Shown one piece after another: positions 26,332 to 40,096 of a stretch of DNA of 64,000 nucleotides. This DNA comes from Octopus sinensis (taxonomy: Eukaryota): the NCBI RefSeq assembly GCF_006345805.1, contig NC_043007.1, positions 54,312,001 to 54,376,000 of the forward strand, given 5' to 3'. The notes under the pieces are model-generated. The model was not told the DNA's origin. It worked only from the letters and a program-made list of their open reading frames with translations, and ran no database searches. The position numbers and the translations under genes are program-made. How positions within the stretch are numbered: the stretch's first letter is position 1; each line of letters opens with the position of its first letter.

Positions 26332-27470
26332 AAAGTAAAAAAATATATACAAACTGGGACAAGAACGTGAAACACCTAGAAGACGACACAAGAAACACAG
26401 GACGGGACATTCGAAGCCCTCAATCATCAGTCAAGAACCGGATCATCTTCGCAATTTCGGCTGATTAATCTTGAGATTGCTCCGATCTGGGCAGCCCCCA
26501 AGGGAAATCTAAGCCAAGCGCATTAGATCCCTTGGAAGAAAGCCTCGAATGTATACAACACAAAGACAGAAAACGGACGATGTACACGAATAAAAATACA
26601 AAAATACATAAAAACAATAAAGAAAGCACGGATAAGAATACAAATACATAAAAACAATAATGGTAAGGATAAAAACAAAACCAGGACGTCAGGACAAGGG
26701 TCTTTCGACAGGACGAGTTGAGTTTGGGGCTGGCTAGTGGAAGAGTGCCTTTAGGCCACAGGAGACAAACAAATACGTGTTGCTACAACGACTGCTGGAT
26801 GCGAAAGGGCAAAGCAGCAGTCGCTGGCTGGTCACGTGGGGACAAAAGAGAGGAGAAAGGGACAGATGAGGAGAGAGAGAAGGGGAACAAGGGAGGAGAA
26901 GAAAGAGAGGGAAAGAGACAGATTGAGGGGAGTGTAAGGTATGAGAGGCAGAGAAACGTAGGAGAGGGGGGACGGATGAAGAGAGAAAGAAAGAAGGGGA
27001 ATAAGGGAGGAGGAGAGAGAGAGAAAGAGACAGATCAAGAGTCGTACCAATGTTAGAGAGTATATACTTACGTATAGGATGAAAAAAGTGGGTACATAGC
27101 CGCCATTATATATGTAAAAGTAAAAAAATATATACAAACTGGGACAAGAATGTGAAACACCTAGAAGACGACACGTTTTCCCTCCTTGTGTTGTATACAT
27201 TCGAGGCTTTCCTCCAAGGGATCTAATGCGCTTGGCTTAGATTTCCCTTGGGGGCTGCCCAGATCGGAGCAATCTCAAGATTAATCAGCCGAAATTGCGA
27301 AGATGATCCGGTTCTTGACTGATGATTGAGGGCTTCGAATGTCCCGTCCTGTGTTTCTTGTGTCGTCTTCTAGGTGTTTCACGCTCTTGTCCCAGTTTGT
27401 ATATATTTTTTTACTTTTACATATATAATGGCGGCTACGTACCCACTTTTTTCATCCTATACGTAAGTAT

Positions 27471-27480
<10 letters not shown>
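26328..27480. mobile_element. PLE-type module with tandem and inverted pLTR copies
   Basis: 26328-26560 inverted at ~27185-27430; 27055-27175 inverted at ~27360-27480; bounded by (TA)n on both sides. Confidence 0.65.
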
Positions 27481-27547
<67 letters not shown>

Positions 27548-27589
27548 TATATATTATATATATATATATGAGTGTAAGAAAAAATCTCA

Positions 27590-28100
27590 CAGTTATATTT
27601 TTCGTTTTTTTCACCTTTTACTTGTTTCAGTCATTAGACTGTGGCCATGCTGGGGCACCAACTTGAAGAATTTCTAGTTGAATGTATCAATGCTTTAATT
27701 TTTTTTATTTTTAAATTCTTCAAGGCAGTGCCCCAGAATGGCTGTAGTCCAATGACAAACAAGTAAAAAGATTTTTAGAAAATACAAAAAAAGACAAAGC
27801 ACAACCCCAAAATATAACCGAGTGGGTTATAAAAAATTTTCAAGAGATTTGGCTGTTATTTCTAGCATGTGGAGAGACCTTCTAGGCTTAACTTCATGTG
27901 CTGGATGAAAACTATTTGAAAAAATTCTGGGGTCAATACGTTTGACTAAAAATTTCTCAAGGTGGTGCCCCAGCATAGCAGCAGTCTAATGACTACAACA
28001 AGTAAAGAGAAAAAAAATTCTGGGGTTGATACATTTGACTAAAAATTCTTCAAGGCAGTTCCCCAGCATGGCTTCAGTCTAATGACTGAAACAAGTAAAA
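27590..28100. mobile_element. Cluster of tRNA-SINE 3'-end fragments
   Basis: Repeated aaggcagtgccccagcatggc...tgactgaaacaagtaaaag at ~27720, ~27960 and ~28050, plus one inverted at ~27615-27660. Confidence 0.7.
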
Positions 28101-28206
28101 GGGGGGAAAAAACGAAAAAATAACTGAAAAATATAACCGTGAGGCTTTTATCCACTGTCACACTTTAACTATGGGGCTTATATCCTAAAGGGCTTTTGTC
28201 TGGATC

Positions 28207-28260
<54 letters not shown>

Positions 28261-28270
28261 TATATATATA

Positions 28271-28830
28271 TGAAAGAAGGTTTGAAAATGCAATTTAAAA
28301 GATGTTTATTTACTTTACCGGTTTCACTCTTTGGAAAAAGATTTTCAAAAGTAACATTTAGAAGTTTGGTTGCGTTAATTATTGGATGTTGCAAATTGCT
28401 ACATTACATATATACAGTCTTTGGTAACAGGGACATGTTAAGGACATAAAAAAGTTCAACAAGTTCCTTAAAATATTGGGCACAAAAGATTACTACATAA
28501 ATAATCGTTCTCAAGGACATGCTTAAGATAGTTTCCAGAAGGAATTGATATTGGTATTGTATCTGTATATTCAAACATGCACAGAATATTGGTTGACACA
28601 GAGTACTATAATCCATATAAATATACATTCTTTGGTGACAAGAGTATGTTGAGAATATAAAAAAGTTTAACAAGCTCATTGAAATAATGTGCACAAAAGA
28701 TTACAACAAATATATTATACATCACAAGATAATTTCCAGGAGGAATTATTAAAAAAGTTCAGTATACACGTACAGAATATTATGAGTTCAAAAAGATTTA
28801 CATTATAATAGTGGTGAAGCTAAAACTGAC
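28271..28830 (-). mobile_element. PLE-like remnant (family also at 37367-37740 and 42719-42920)
   Basis: Shared start gaaagaaggtttgaaaatg directly after (TA)n in all three copies; hammerhead fold near the end. Confidence 0.7.
28310..28354 (-). ncRNA. Minimal hammerhead, U3-A8 variant
   Basis: Minus: ttactt-TTGAAAA-tcttt ttcc aaagagt-GAAA-ccgg-TA-aagtaa; stem II closing pair is imperfect. Confidence 0.65.
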
Positions 28831-28987
28831 CTGTCCATTTTAGGAGGAGAAATGTGGAACTATATATATATAGATTCAGATGAATATGGTACTTAAGTTA
28901 AAGGCACCAGAATTTTGTATGGCATTATCCATATAAATCAAATGGGGTGATTATAATCAAAATAAGCAACAAGGATATCCAAGGTAG

Positions 28988-29075
28988 TGTAGTACAATTG
29001 TTTCATGCTACTTCATTTTATTAAACACTGTAAATATTACATCAGCTTTAAAATGTCGAGCAATCTTCAGCCACA
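28988..29075 (-). ncRNA. Hammerhead, canonical core, long stem II
   Basis: Minus: tgtgg-CTGAAGA-ttgctc...gtagcat-GAAA-caattg-TA-ctaca. Confidence 0.75.
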
Positions 29076-29512
29076 TATAGAATTTTTCAATTAAATGGAC
29101 AATGCGCATTCTTATACTTATTTTATTTGCCAACATTACAAAGAGGGTAGATATATAGACAGAGAGGTTAATTTCATCATTAAGAACATGATGGTAGTAT
29201 GTTCATTCTCTGTCTGTAGATTTTATCACTGAGTTCACTTTGTTATTTAGATCTATCAGTGGGGAAGGGTTTTTTATTCTTGGTTAAATGGAGACAAAAA
29301 AGAATTTTTTCAATTTATAGGTAGAGGAAGGGGTAGTATAAATGTCAAAACCATAAATCCATCCTCATTTTGAGGAATTTAGTTTAGATATATATATATC
29401 AATTAAAGACAAGTATTATTTGTATAGAATACACTTTGTAGTGCTCAACAGATTTGAACTTGAGCAGGTAGAGTAGTAAAGGTAAGGACAAGCAATTTAG
29501 GCAATTCAATAA

Positions 29513-29852
29513 ACAAAAAATATTAAACACATTTAATACAAAAAATGTACATATCTATACATATAAAAAAAGTTTGACTTACACAGAATAGAAATGATAT
29601 TAGGAATTAAAGGGGTTGAATAAGAGTTTTAAAAGTCCAACAGCTGTATCTGGGGGCTTGGTAGTCCAAAATAATAATGGAATCAAGTTACAATCATTAT
29701 ACTGGACCATCAAGCCCCCAGAAACAGCTGTTGGACTCATAAAATTCATATTCACTCCTTTAGTTTCTGATATTCCTATACTGTTGTAAGTCAGACTTTT
29801 TTATATGTAGATATGTGTAAATTTTTTGTATTAAATGTATTTAATATTTTTT
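29513..29852. repeat. Foldback inverted repeat, ~155-bp imperfect arms
   Basis: gtccaacagctgtatctgggggcttggtagtcc versus ggaccatcaagcccccagaaacagctgttggac, extending outward on both sides. Confidence 0.8.
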
Positions 29853-30082
29853 GTGTATTGTCTTGCCTAACTTGCTTGTTCTTGTGTTTATACATCCATA
29901 TTTGTTAACGGTTATTTTTAATACTTTTTCTCGCTGGATTGTGTGTTCATTTCTCTGTTTTCCATTTGTAATTTTATTTTTGATATTCCATATAAATGAA
30001 GAGATTTCCTCTGTCTGGCTGCTTTTCTTTCTACAAAATGAGAAGTTACATTGTGGAACTGTTATTTTATATATGTATCTGT

Positions 30083-33000
30083 GTCAGGTCACTCTTGAGC
30101 GCTACTGGTAACATGTAACCCAGTACAACCTGTTGCATGGTTGGGTCATCATTGACTAAACTGACAACCCCACCAAGCTTACTTGGTGAGGAGGGTGATT
30201 GTCGAACAGCCTGCAGGATGAAAAATAAGACCTGTCAAAGGGTGGAAGACCTCATGTGTAGTCAACAGCCATCTGACATTGTGCACATAGGTGTGTATGT
30301 GTGTATATATTTATTTATATATATTTTTATATATCTTTTTATATCTTTTTCTTTTTTATATATATATTTTTATGTATTTATATATCTTTTATATATTTAT
30401 ATGTAACATATGGTATTTTTAGTCTTAATTTCGAAATTATTTATTTATCTATGTATTTATTTTTATTAAAAAAACACTTTTAAGTTGTAAAAATTGAAAA
30501 TTTTATATCTCTTTTTTTTTCAAATGTTTACATACGTATATATTTTTCTGTATGTCTGTGGGAGGCAGTGGTGAAGACAACTCTTCTAGAAGGACACTCT
30601 GACATAAAACCAGGTCATAGTAATGAGTCTCTTAATTGGCTGCACTATCAAAGCCATAACTGTTGATGGGGGAAGACTGGGCTCCTGTTTTGAAATAATT
30701 AGGACAACCATTATAGGAGAATAAAGGTCTGAATTCAAGTTGACTTACCACTGCTGGCTTGCAGTCTCCTTCTGAGGAAAAGCCTAAGTGAAGGCACTCT
30801 GATATAAAACCTGCAGTCAACTTTGTACTAGTCATCTTGCTTTTTTTGTCACTAGAACCTACTGTTTTGACTCAGAGAGTGGCAAAAGTGTTTGTCACTG
30901 AAATCTAATGAAGTAAGATGTCTCTGATAAAACACCATCATCGTACAATAATCACTTTTCAAAAGTCTTATGGTGATAGAGGCGTGGCAACACATGCAGA
31001 CTTGACTGTTTGGAAGCATACAGTTACAAATCTGCACATAAGGTGGCAGGATTCTTATCTTAACATCACTAACATGTTTTCATGGACAGGAAATATTTCG
31101 GTGGAGAATCCTGTGTCTGAGCAGCCCTTTTAAGGAGAACACTGCTCACCTGAATATACTAGGAAGGTGCTAGAAAAGGCGCACTAAAAATTGTCTGTCC
31201 TCTCTTTGCTGGTTAGTTTACTGCAGCTAATGGTGGTTCAATTTAGTAAGAATGAACAAAAAATTGATATAAACAATGATAACAAGTATGCAAGGAATAA
31301 GGTTTCTCTTAACCTGGCCTGTTGGAATGTGAGAACTCTTTTAGATCGAGCAGATAGTAACTAAGGAGCTAAGGTGTCTTAATGTTGATGTTGCAGATCT
31401 TTCTGAAACAAGATGTTCAGATGAAAATAATCTTGTTTGAAAGAGCAGCAAGTTTCACATTATTCTGGGTTGGGAAGCCAAAGGGAGAGAAAAGGGAAGG
31501 TGGTGTTGGGTTTGCAATTAGAAGTGATTTTCTAAAAGACTTAGAACAAAACAAAGCATAAATAAATGTATAATGAAACTCCGGATCCCCTTTTTTTTGT
31601 GGACGTTTTGTAACTGTTTTCTCTATTTATGCTCCTACACTTTCAGCTAGTGAGAAAAACATCCATGCAATTTATTAGGGACTTAGAAGTATTCTGTCAG
31701 TCCCTTTGAATGAGAAGTTGGTTGTGCTTGGTGACATTAATGCACATGTTGGTAGAGACTATGGTGCTTGGAATGTATTTGGGTGTTACAGAATAGGAAA
31801 GATGAACATCAATGGGCTGCATCTGCTACAAATGTATTCTGAGCTAGGATTCGTTGTTGGGAATACTTTCTTTCATTTTAGGATGAAACATAAAGTTACC
31901 TGAATTCACCCAAGATCAAGCAAGGTCACATGGTTGACTTTGTGTTAACTCAGAAAGCTGACTTACAAGATTTGTGCAGTCTCAGAGTATTGCAAGGTGC
32001 TGATTGTGATACTGATCACAAAATGGTTAGGGCCAAGTTCAAGTTCAGGGCCTGCAAGAAAATTGGTAGTGCAGGTATATGAATACCAAAGAAAATTGAT
32101 GTAGAGCAGCTAAAACAAACACAAGTTTTGCAGTTATTTCGGAAGAGATGCAGCTGTGTTCATTTTGAAGGCTCATGGTAATCGTTCCGAGATGGAATAT
32201 ATAAAATGAGATACGAGGTGTTAGGTTTTAAGAGGAGAGAGCACCGAGACTGGTTTGATTCCAATGATATATAAATGAGCTTTTAGCAACAAAGAGGTCC
32301 ACCTATGAAAAGCTTCTTGACCCAAAAGTTAAGAACAAAGTGCAACTAGAAAAGTTGTACAAATCTCAGAAAGTAGACTTGCAAAAAGAACTCAGGAGGT
32401 TTAAAGACACTTGGTGGAGAAATTTGTCTGAGGAAGTACAGTTGGCCTATGACAGGAAAGACATTAAAAGTTTCTATAGTTTATTGTGGCAAGTTTTTGG
32501 ACTGCAGTTCACATGTTCCCTTGAAGTCAAAATATGAAAATGAGATTATTAAAGATCCTCCTGGAATAATGAATAGATAAGAGAACACTTTCAGATCTTT
32601 TCCACAATCCATCTATAGTGAACATGGATATCATAAACAACATTCTGCAAAGAGAGATAGTGCAACACATGAATGATATACCTCCCATTGAAGAAGTAAA
32701 TCTGGCATTATGTAAACTGAGATCAGGTAAAGCTCCTGGATTGAATGGTATTCCAGTTGAAATTCTGAAAGCAGGTGGGGATCATAGTTCATCTGAAATT
32801 CATAGCATGATAACTCGAGTTTGGAATGAATATTCTGTGCCACAAGAATGGATAAATGGCATTCTAATCTCTGTATACATGGGTAAGGCCCCAAAAGCAG
32901 TGTGTGGTAATTCTAGAGGGATAACTGTCCTGGCACATACTGGGAAGATACTTTCAAGGATCATGTTAGATTGTCTCATTGAGAATGTGTGCCCACATGT

Positions 33001-33635
33001 GATTCCTGAAGAACACTGTGGTTCCAGATCTGAGTGAGGAACAACGGACATGGTATTTTCTATGGGAGCAGATTCAAGAGAAATGCTTGGAGGAACAAAT
33101 GCCACTATACCAGTTCTTCATTGATTTAACTAAGGTATTTGACATGGTAAATAGAGAGGCACTGTGGATTGTTTTGTGTAAATTTGGTTGCCCCACACAT
33201 TTTGTGAGCATCTTTAAGGAACTACACAGAAACATGAAAGCTCAGGTAGTCTTTAATGGTGAGATTTCTTATGAATTTTTGGTGAACAACGGTATCAAAC
33301 AGAAAGATATTCCTACACCTGACCTTTTCTCTATTTATTTTACTACATTGCTTTGGTATACTTTCAAGGATTGCAACAGAGGAATTGGAATCAGATTTTT
33401 GGACATTATTTTTAATTTGTCCCAGTTTAACTGCAAAGCAAAGATTTTCAAAATACTTGTTAGAGAATTATCTTATGCTGATGATGATGATTTGTTGGCA
33501 CATTCAGAGGGGGATATGCAACTTTTGATGGACAGATTTTCCACTGCATGTGTACATTTCAGACTCACAATTAGTTTGGGAAAAACCAAAGTAATCTTTA
33601 CTTCCATCTTCTGTGTCAGAACAAACATATTCTGA
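30083..33635 (+). mobile_element. Decayed RTE-clade LINE, 3'-truncated
   Basis: LACWNVRTLLD, IYAPT, VLGDINAHVG, DTDHKMV, KAPGLNGIPVE, NSRGITVL, FIDLTKVFDMVNREALW, SYADDDDL; 5' UTR shared with 36705-37265. Confidence 0.9.
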
Positions 33636-34972
33636 ACCAAACATTTTTGTGAATGGAATTTAATTTTTACTTTAATTTTTACTTCCATTACCTCCTTATT
33701 ATTCTTCTTATTGTTTTATTATTACTCCATGGTGATTAGTATTGTTATTTCTGTCATTAATTTGGAAGTTTATCTTCTTGTTATTTTATAAATATTATTG
33801 ATGTTGATATTGATACCTCATCATAATTGTTTTGGAATAACACATTACTCTACAAATTTACTCTAATCCTCTATATCTTACCAGTGAGTGTGTTACATTA
33901 TAAGGCACAAAAAGAAAATGAGTCTACCCAGACTCTATATCTTAGTTTATTTTAATGCTAATTTTAGAAGCTTTAACTCAAGTTAATATTTTAATCCATA
34001 ACTCTTTTACAAGTTTAAATTTTAAAACCTTAATAATAAGGTTAACCTGAATCTACATCTAATTTTCAAAAACTCGACATCATCCCACTTGTCACAACAT
34101 CTCTAAATCTATCAGTATATACATCCTGATAAAAAGACCATTCATGACCTCTACAATATGGCCCAAAATAGTATTCCTTCACTTTCTAACTTTATTCCCC
34201 AACTATGCCAGATTAAAATGTAAACATTACTGTCATAGACTGACTAGGAACACGAAAATCCCATACCAAATTTCAATGCAATGGCTGGAGAATATCCAAC
34301 CTATATACAATGCTAATATAGTAATCAGTTCTGACCTGACTACAAACACTGATGTTTTAGTGTCCTTCTTCCAAAGTTGGCAATATAATACTCCTACTTC
34401 TAGTAAATGACTCCTGTATCATTCTCTTACTTTCTTCCACCTCTTTGTAACCTGTTTTCCCCTGTCCTCTATTCTACTTGAACAATCCCATCTTCTCCTC
34501 TCACCTTCCCCAAACAATAGCCATAATCCAGTGCTCTGTTGATCAATGGAGCAATTGAGTAAACCTGTCAGTAATGTACCTTTAGTGACTACTGGGAACG
34601 GCTGTAAGCCAAATTTTAAATCCTACTTGAATAAAACATCCTGGGCTCTCACTGGATAACTTAAATCAACCGAAAGCATAAAAGTAAAGCCCTTCCTAAA
34701 TAGATTCATTGAATGGATATGCCCATAACTTATGGGCATAAGCTGTCGGTTTATTCATTATTTTAATGGCTTTCTGGGGTGACTGGAGAAATGAAAAGAT
34801 CTTCAGAACCACCCTCAGACAGTTTTGAAAGCCTATAGAAAATGCGAGCCTTTTACAGGAATAAGTGTGGATTTGAATAAAGGACACACAGATGCACAAA
34901 CATTTTGCTGTTTATAGATATAGAGATATTTATATATGTATGTGTATCTATATGTATGTATGTATGTATATA

Positions 34973-35021
<49 letters not shown>

Positions 35022-35202
35022 TAATCATGAAGACACATTAAAGTCTCTACCCACTAGAAATTAGTGTTAAAACTCTCATTTGAACCACCAAAAAATTTTA
35101 CACTGAAAATAACAGATTCAAAAGTATATGAACAAGCAGATCGAAAAAATCTCTCACATACCTATATAGCATAAAGCTAGATATTTAATGGAATAGGTAT
35201 AT

Positions 35203-35254
35203 ATGTGGACCAGTTTCTGGTTTAATAAAAAAAATATTACCTTCTTCAGCACAT
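35203..35254 (-). ncRNA. Minimal hammerhead, canonical core
   Basis: Minus: atgtg-CTGAAGA-aggt...acca-GAAA-ctgg-TC-cacat. Confidence 0.8.
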
Positions 35255-35458
35255 CTTAACCCTTTGAAACACTCTTTGAAATCTGTTGGCATCCTAAATT
35301 GCTTATCACCAAACTGTAGACAGCTTCAATGTGAAAATTACTAATTAGCAGCAAAAATATTCAGAAGTGAGTATTTATATAAATATTAATATTGTTATTA
35401 TTATTGACACCAGCAGATTTTAACATGGTGGTTTGGGAAGGTGTTTCAAAGGGTTAAG

Positions 35459-35509
35459 ATATGTTGAAGAAGGTAAGATTTTTGTATCAAACCAGAAACT
35501 GGTCCACAT
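35459..35509 (+). ncRNA. Degenerate sister hammerhead (C3U)
   Basis: atatg-TTGAAGA-aggt...acca-GAAA-ctgg-TC-cacat. Confidence 0.6.
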
Positions 35510-35879
35510 ATATACCTATTCCATTAAATATATAACTTTATGCTATATAGGTATGTGAGAGATTTTTTCAGTCTGCTTGCTCATATACTGTTAAATCTGT
35601 TATTTTCAGTGTAAAATTTTTTGGCAGTCCAAATAAGGGTTTTAACTCTCATTTCTAGAGAGTAGACACTTTAATGTCCTTATGATTACTATAATTTTAA
35701 TTCTATAGCTATATAATGCAGATTTAGGCCTGCAACCACCTATATTGATATTGTTGTTATTATCAACTATTTGTAATGCCTTCAATAATAACAATATTAA
35801 TATCTATATAAATATTCACTTCTGAATATTTTTGCTGCCGATATATGTGTGTGTGTGTGTGTATGGACTTAAGAAGCAT

Positions 35880-36663
35880 TAGATGTGGTGTGCAAGAGAG
35901 ATGACTGCACTGGTATGATTATGTGTTATGAATGGATGAGGACAGCTGTGTGAAAAAGTATCACACCCTAGCAGCTGAGGGAACCTGTGGAAGAGGTAGA
36001 CCCAGGAAGACATGTGATGAAGAGCTGAAGCACAACCTTTGAACATTAGGCATCACCAAGGCAATGACAAGTGGCCAAGACCTATGGAGATATGTTGTGC
36101 TTGAGAAGACTCAGCAAGCCAAGTGAGACCATAACAATGGCCTATGCCAGTGCTATATAACTAGCCCATTTAAGATTACTCTTCAATCATGAGACAATAA
36201 ACTATGTTTGCAAAGACCTGTTGAGGCAAGTAAAATTGTTATTGTGGCCAATGACAGGACTGCCTGATTGGCACTCGTGCCAGTGGAATATTAAAAGCAC
36301 CATTCAAGCATGATCATTGCTAGGGTTGCTGACTGGCTCCCATGCTAGTGGCACATAAAAAGCACCATTCAAGCATGATCATTGCCAGCGTCACCTGACT
36401 GGCTCCTGTGCAAGTGGCATGTAAAAAGCACCATTTGAGCATGGCCGATGCCAGTAATGCTTGACTGGCTCTTGTGCCGGTGGCACATAAAAGCACCCAC
36501 TACACTCTCAGAGTGGTTAGCATTAGGAAGGGCATCCAGCTGTGGAAACTTTGCCAGATCAGATTGAAACCTGGTGCAGCCTTCTGGCTCACCAGCCCTC
36601 AGTCAAACCGTTCAACTCATGCCAGCATGGAAAGTGGACATTAAACGATGATGATGATGATGA

Positions 36664-36665
<2 letters not shown>
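35880..36665 (+). mobile_element. RTE LINE 3' portion
   Basis: LHWYDYVLXMDEDSCVKKYHTLAAEGTCGRGRPRKT; UTR repeats; (GAT)n tail. Confidence 0.85.
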
Positions 36666-36704
<39 letters not shown>

Positions 36705-36712
<8 letters not shown>

Positions 36713-37265
36713 TGGCTGCCCCCTCGTTATCGAGTATGCCCATTGCATGAAGCTTAATCAATGTTGTTATTATGCAATGCCTGTGCAAGAAGATTTTTTT
36801 TAAAGTGAGGAAAGGCTGTGCACTGATTCAATCCCACTCACTAAGCAACAGCAGCCATAATCCAAAAAGAAGAACAAGTCAACATCATCGGTAACCACTG
36901 AGCTGCAGGTTTTATGTTGGAGTTATCCCAGTTACCTGAGTTACCTTCTCCTAGAAGGATGCCCTAACAAAGGCTAGGAGTCCTTCACTCCCAATGGCTT
37001 AACCGCGCGATCGGGTATTTAGTCCAATTATTTCTATGTCCCCGCGCATGATACAGCCTTAAGACATTTATTGGATGGCCGTTGACTCTCAAGAGTTCCT
37101 CTGCCCTTTAACGGGCTTTGTTTTTCATCCCGCAGGGTGTCCAATAAACACCCTCCTCACCAAGCAAGCTTAGTGGGGTTGCCGGTTTAGTCGCCGACAA
37201 CCCGACCATGCAACAGGTTGTACTGGATTACATGTTACCAGTAGCACTCAAAGTGACCTGACACA
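36705..37265 (-). mobile_element. RTE 5'-UTR-derived fragment
   Basis: Minus-strand start gtgtcaggtcactttgagtgctactggtaacatg... matches 30083-30250. Confidence 0.65.
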
Positions 37266-37406
37266 TATATATACATATATAGACACACACATATACATAT
37301 GTATATGCATGTATATATGTGTATGTCTATATATCTATATATATATATGTATGTATATATATATATACGAAAGAAGGTTTGAAAATGCAATTTAAAAGAT
37401 GTTTAT

Positions 37407-37451
37407 TTACTTAACCGGTTTCACTCTTTGGAAAAAGATTGTCAAAAGTAA
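37407..37451 (-). ncRNA. Minimal hammerhead, U3-A8 variant
   Basis: Minus: ttactt-TTGACAA-tcttt ttcc aaagagt-GAAA-ccgg-TT-aagtaa. Confidence 0.68.
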
Positions 37452-37789
37452 CATATGGAAGTTTGGTTGTGTTAATTATTGGTTGTTGCAAATTGCTACA
37501 TCACATGTATATATACAGTCTTTGGTAACAGGGTCATGTTAAGGACATAAAAATTACAACAGTATGATGAGAATATAAAGAGGTCTAACAAGCTCATCGA
37601 AAAAATGGGCAGAAAAGATTAAAACAAATATATTATACATCTCAAGGTAATTTCCAGGAGGAATTATCAAAAAAGTTCAGTACAGAATATTATGAATTCA
37701 AAAAAATTTACATTAAGATTTACATTAATGTAGTGGCGAGGTTGTTTACTGACCTGTCCGTTTTAGCAGAAATTTTTTTGGCTCTCCTT

Positions 37790-38300
37790 CAAGCATCAAT
37801 GATTTGGGGGTTAGGATGAGGTGAATATGTGTGTCTCTGCGTGTATGTGTGAAAATATCTACCACCTCTCCATGGAGATCCCTCAGATGCTTTGGCAAGG
37901 TGTTAAATAGCTGTGGGCTCTTGAATCCCAAGCTGTTGCAGTACATGGTCCTCACCTTAGATGGGCATGGTTTTGGCCCTGGGCCAGTATTACTCACTGA
38001 CGAGAACAAAGTGATCATTCACAAAGTTCGAAATCACTGTGATATGAGTGTGTCTGATTTTCATTTTCGATTCTTTTTGTCTATGGTATGGGGATCTTAA
38101 AATTTTACTGCTCGTTCCCTCAATTTTGCCCTTGTGTACAAGTGAAAAACTATGATTTTGAATTGTTTTGACTGCTATTTTTAGCATGCTAGTGCTACAA
38201 GTAAAACCCTTCATTATTAATTTTGCCTTTATGGTTCTTTTATGCATGCTAGCCACTGATATTATTGTAAATTATTAACAATAATATCCTGATATATATA
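37790..38300 (-). pseudogene. CR1/L2-group LINE C-terminal fragment
   Basis: RTMYCNSLGFKSPQLFNTLPKHLRDLHGEVVDIF resembles the C-terminal N.LP motif of CR1/L2/Daphne-type ORF2. Confidence 0.6.
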
Positions 38301-39149
38301 TCTGTAAAATAATATGTGACAATTATTCAATAGCCAAGATAAAATTCTGAGTTTCGGATACTGAGGTGGAAATCCACAACACCATCTCTTTGGTTATCTG
38401 GCCATCTGAAAAATGCTATGAAAAAAGACCGTTATACAAAGGGAAATTACTGTGTTATAAGTCTGCTACTTATATAAACACTATTTCAATGACCGCTAAT
38501 TAAAATAAGGTTAAAAGTTCATAGTAAACACGTAAGCATGCCTGCTCATATGCACACATGTGCACTCGCGCACCGACGTGCGTACGTATACATCACTATC
38601 AAAACGTACACATCTTCACTCGCATTTTCCGCCAAATGTATATGCATATATATACACACGAACTTATACACACACGCGCGCACCGTAAAAGTTCATACAT
38701 ACGACTACATATGCACAAGCACAAGAAAAGACATGGTTAAGGGAAACAATACAGAAAAAAGCATAAGGAAGTATACAAAGAGTAAACCACGTTCATATAC
38801 ACACATGCCCATACCCACACATGCCCATACCCACACATGTTTATATATGCATACACACACACGCATGCACAAAAAAGGATATACATATGCCAAAAAAACG
38901 AAAAAATTGTAAAAATACTGAGTAAAAAGGTCTATATATATATATGTATTCTTATGCCCGCACACATCTATAGACATACATACCCACCCACTCGTACATA
39001 TTCACACACGCGTACAAATGAATCCATATACACATCTATATAGGCACAAGAAAATATGCAGGATGGAAGGTAGAGTACAGAAAAAATTATTATGTGTAAA
39101 AATATAAAAATATATGAAAAAATAAAAGGTATAATGAGATAAAAAACTT

Positions 39150-39500
39150 ATTTGTGGACATAATATAGAAAGCAAGTTCTGTCTGTAGTCTTGCGGGGAC
39201 CAAAAACATAACAAAAATTTGGTAACATATGGGCATGATCCGAAAAGTTCTGTCCTTGAGTTTAGACATGTAGTTGGGTCTAAGCTGCTTTTCCAGATAA
39301 GCCATCTTTCCATGTCGCATTGACCACACTTTCCGCTTGGTAATAATGGAATCTTTTAGAAATTTCTGTCGACCTTTTTTGAGTAGCATGCGTATTGTGA
39401 AAAATTATATGGTCATGGACAATATGTCCAATTTCGGCATATTTGGCATTAAAAATTGTTTCGTTTGCCCTTATTTATAAGTTGTTTATAAATTTAACCT
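39150..39500 (-). pseudogene. Possible PLE GIY-YIG fragment
   Basis: Minus IK*GQTKQFL...KQLRPNY weakly resembles the YIGQT...P.LN pattern. Confidence 0.3.
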
Positions 39501-40050
39501 TTAAAGGTATTTTTTAATATGTTGGCCATTGATAAAATTTTTTTTCAAAAAGATACATGAGGACCACATATTCATATGTTAAGTATACAAGTATTGTAAA
39601 CATTAAGTTGTTAGAAAAGGAAGAGAGGATGTCAAGGAAGTAATAGGGGAAGGTATTAGCTAGTCAAGACATGCTTGAAAAAACTCTTAGGGATTTGAAA
39701 AATAGATGGTTATGGCTTTTGAGAGACATTATGTAATCATTTAAAAAATATATTAAGAAAAGTTAGGGGTTGTGAGGGACATTATTTTTTAATAGGGTAA
39801 GATATTGTGAAGACGTTAAGTAAATAGATTGAACTAAAGAGAAGAAAAGGGAGAGATAAGAAAAAATAGAAAAAATAAATATGTAGTGAGAATTAAATTT
39901 TCCGGGGGAAAATTTAATTGCCCTTATTTATAAGTATGTATATATATATATGAATATGCATGTATGTATGTATGTATGTATCTATATATGTATGTGTGTA
40001 TATATACATATATATATATGTATGTATATGTATGTATGTATGTATGTATG

Positions 40051-40083
<33 letters not shown>

Positions 40084-40096
40084 ATAATAATAATAA

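Larger units (their letters stand above)
35030..35840. mobile_element. PLE-type inverted pLTR module
   Basis: ~35030-35290 inverted at ~35440-35680; ~35345-35400 inverted at ~35780-35840; a hammerhead fold in both arms. Confidence 0.7.

Noticed and set aside
27270-27345. Hammerhead in this pLTR family (ctgatga...gaatgtc; tcaag...gccgaaattgc)
   Set aside because: No closing stem I or stem II consistent with the core
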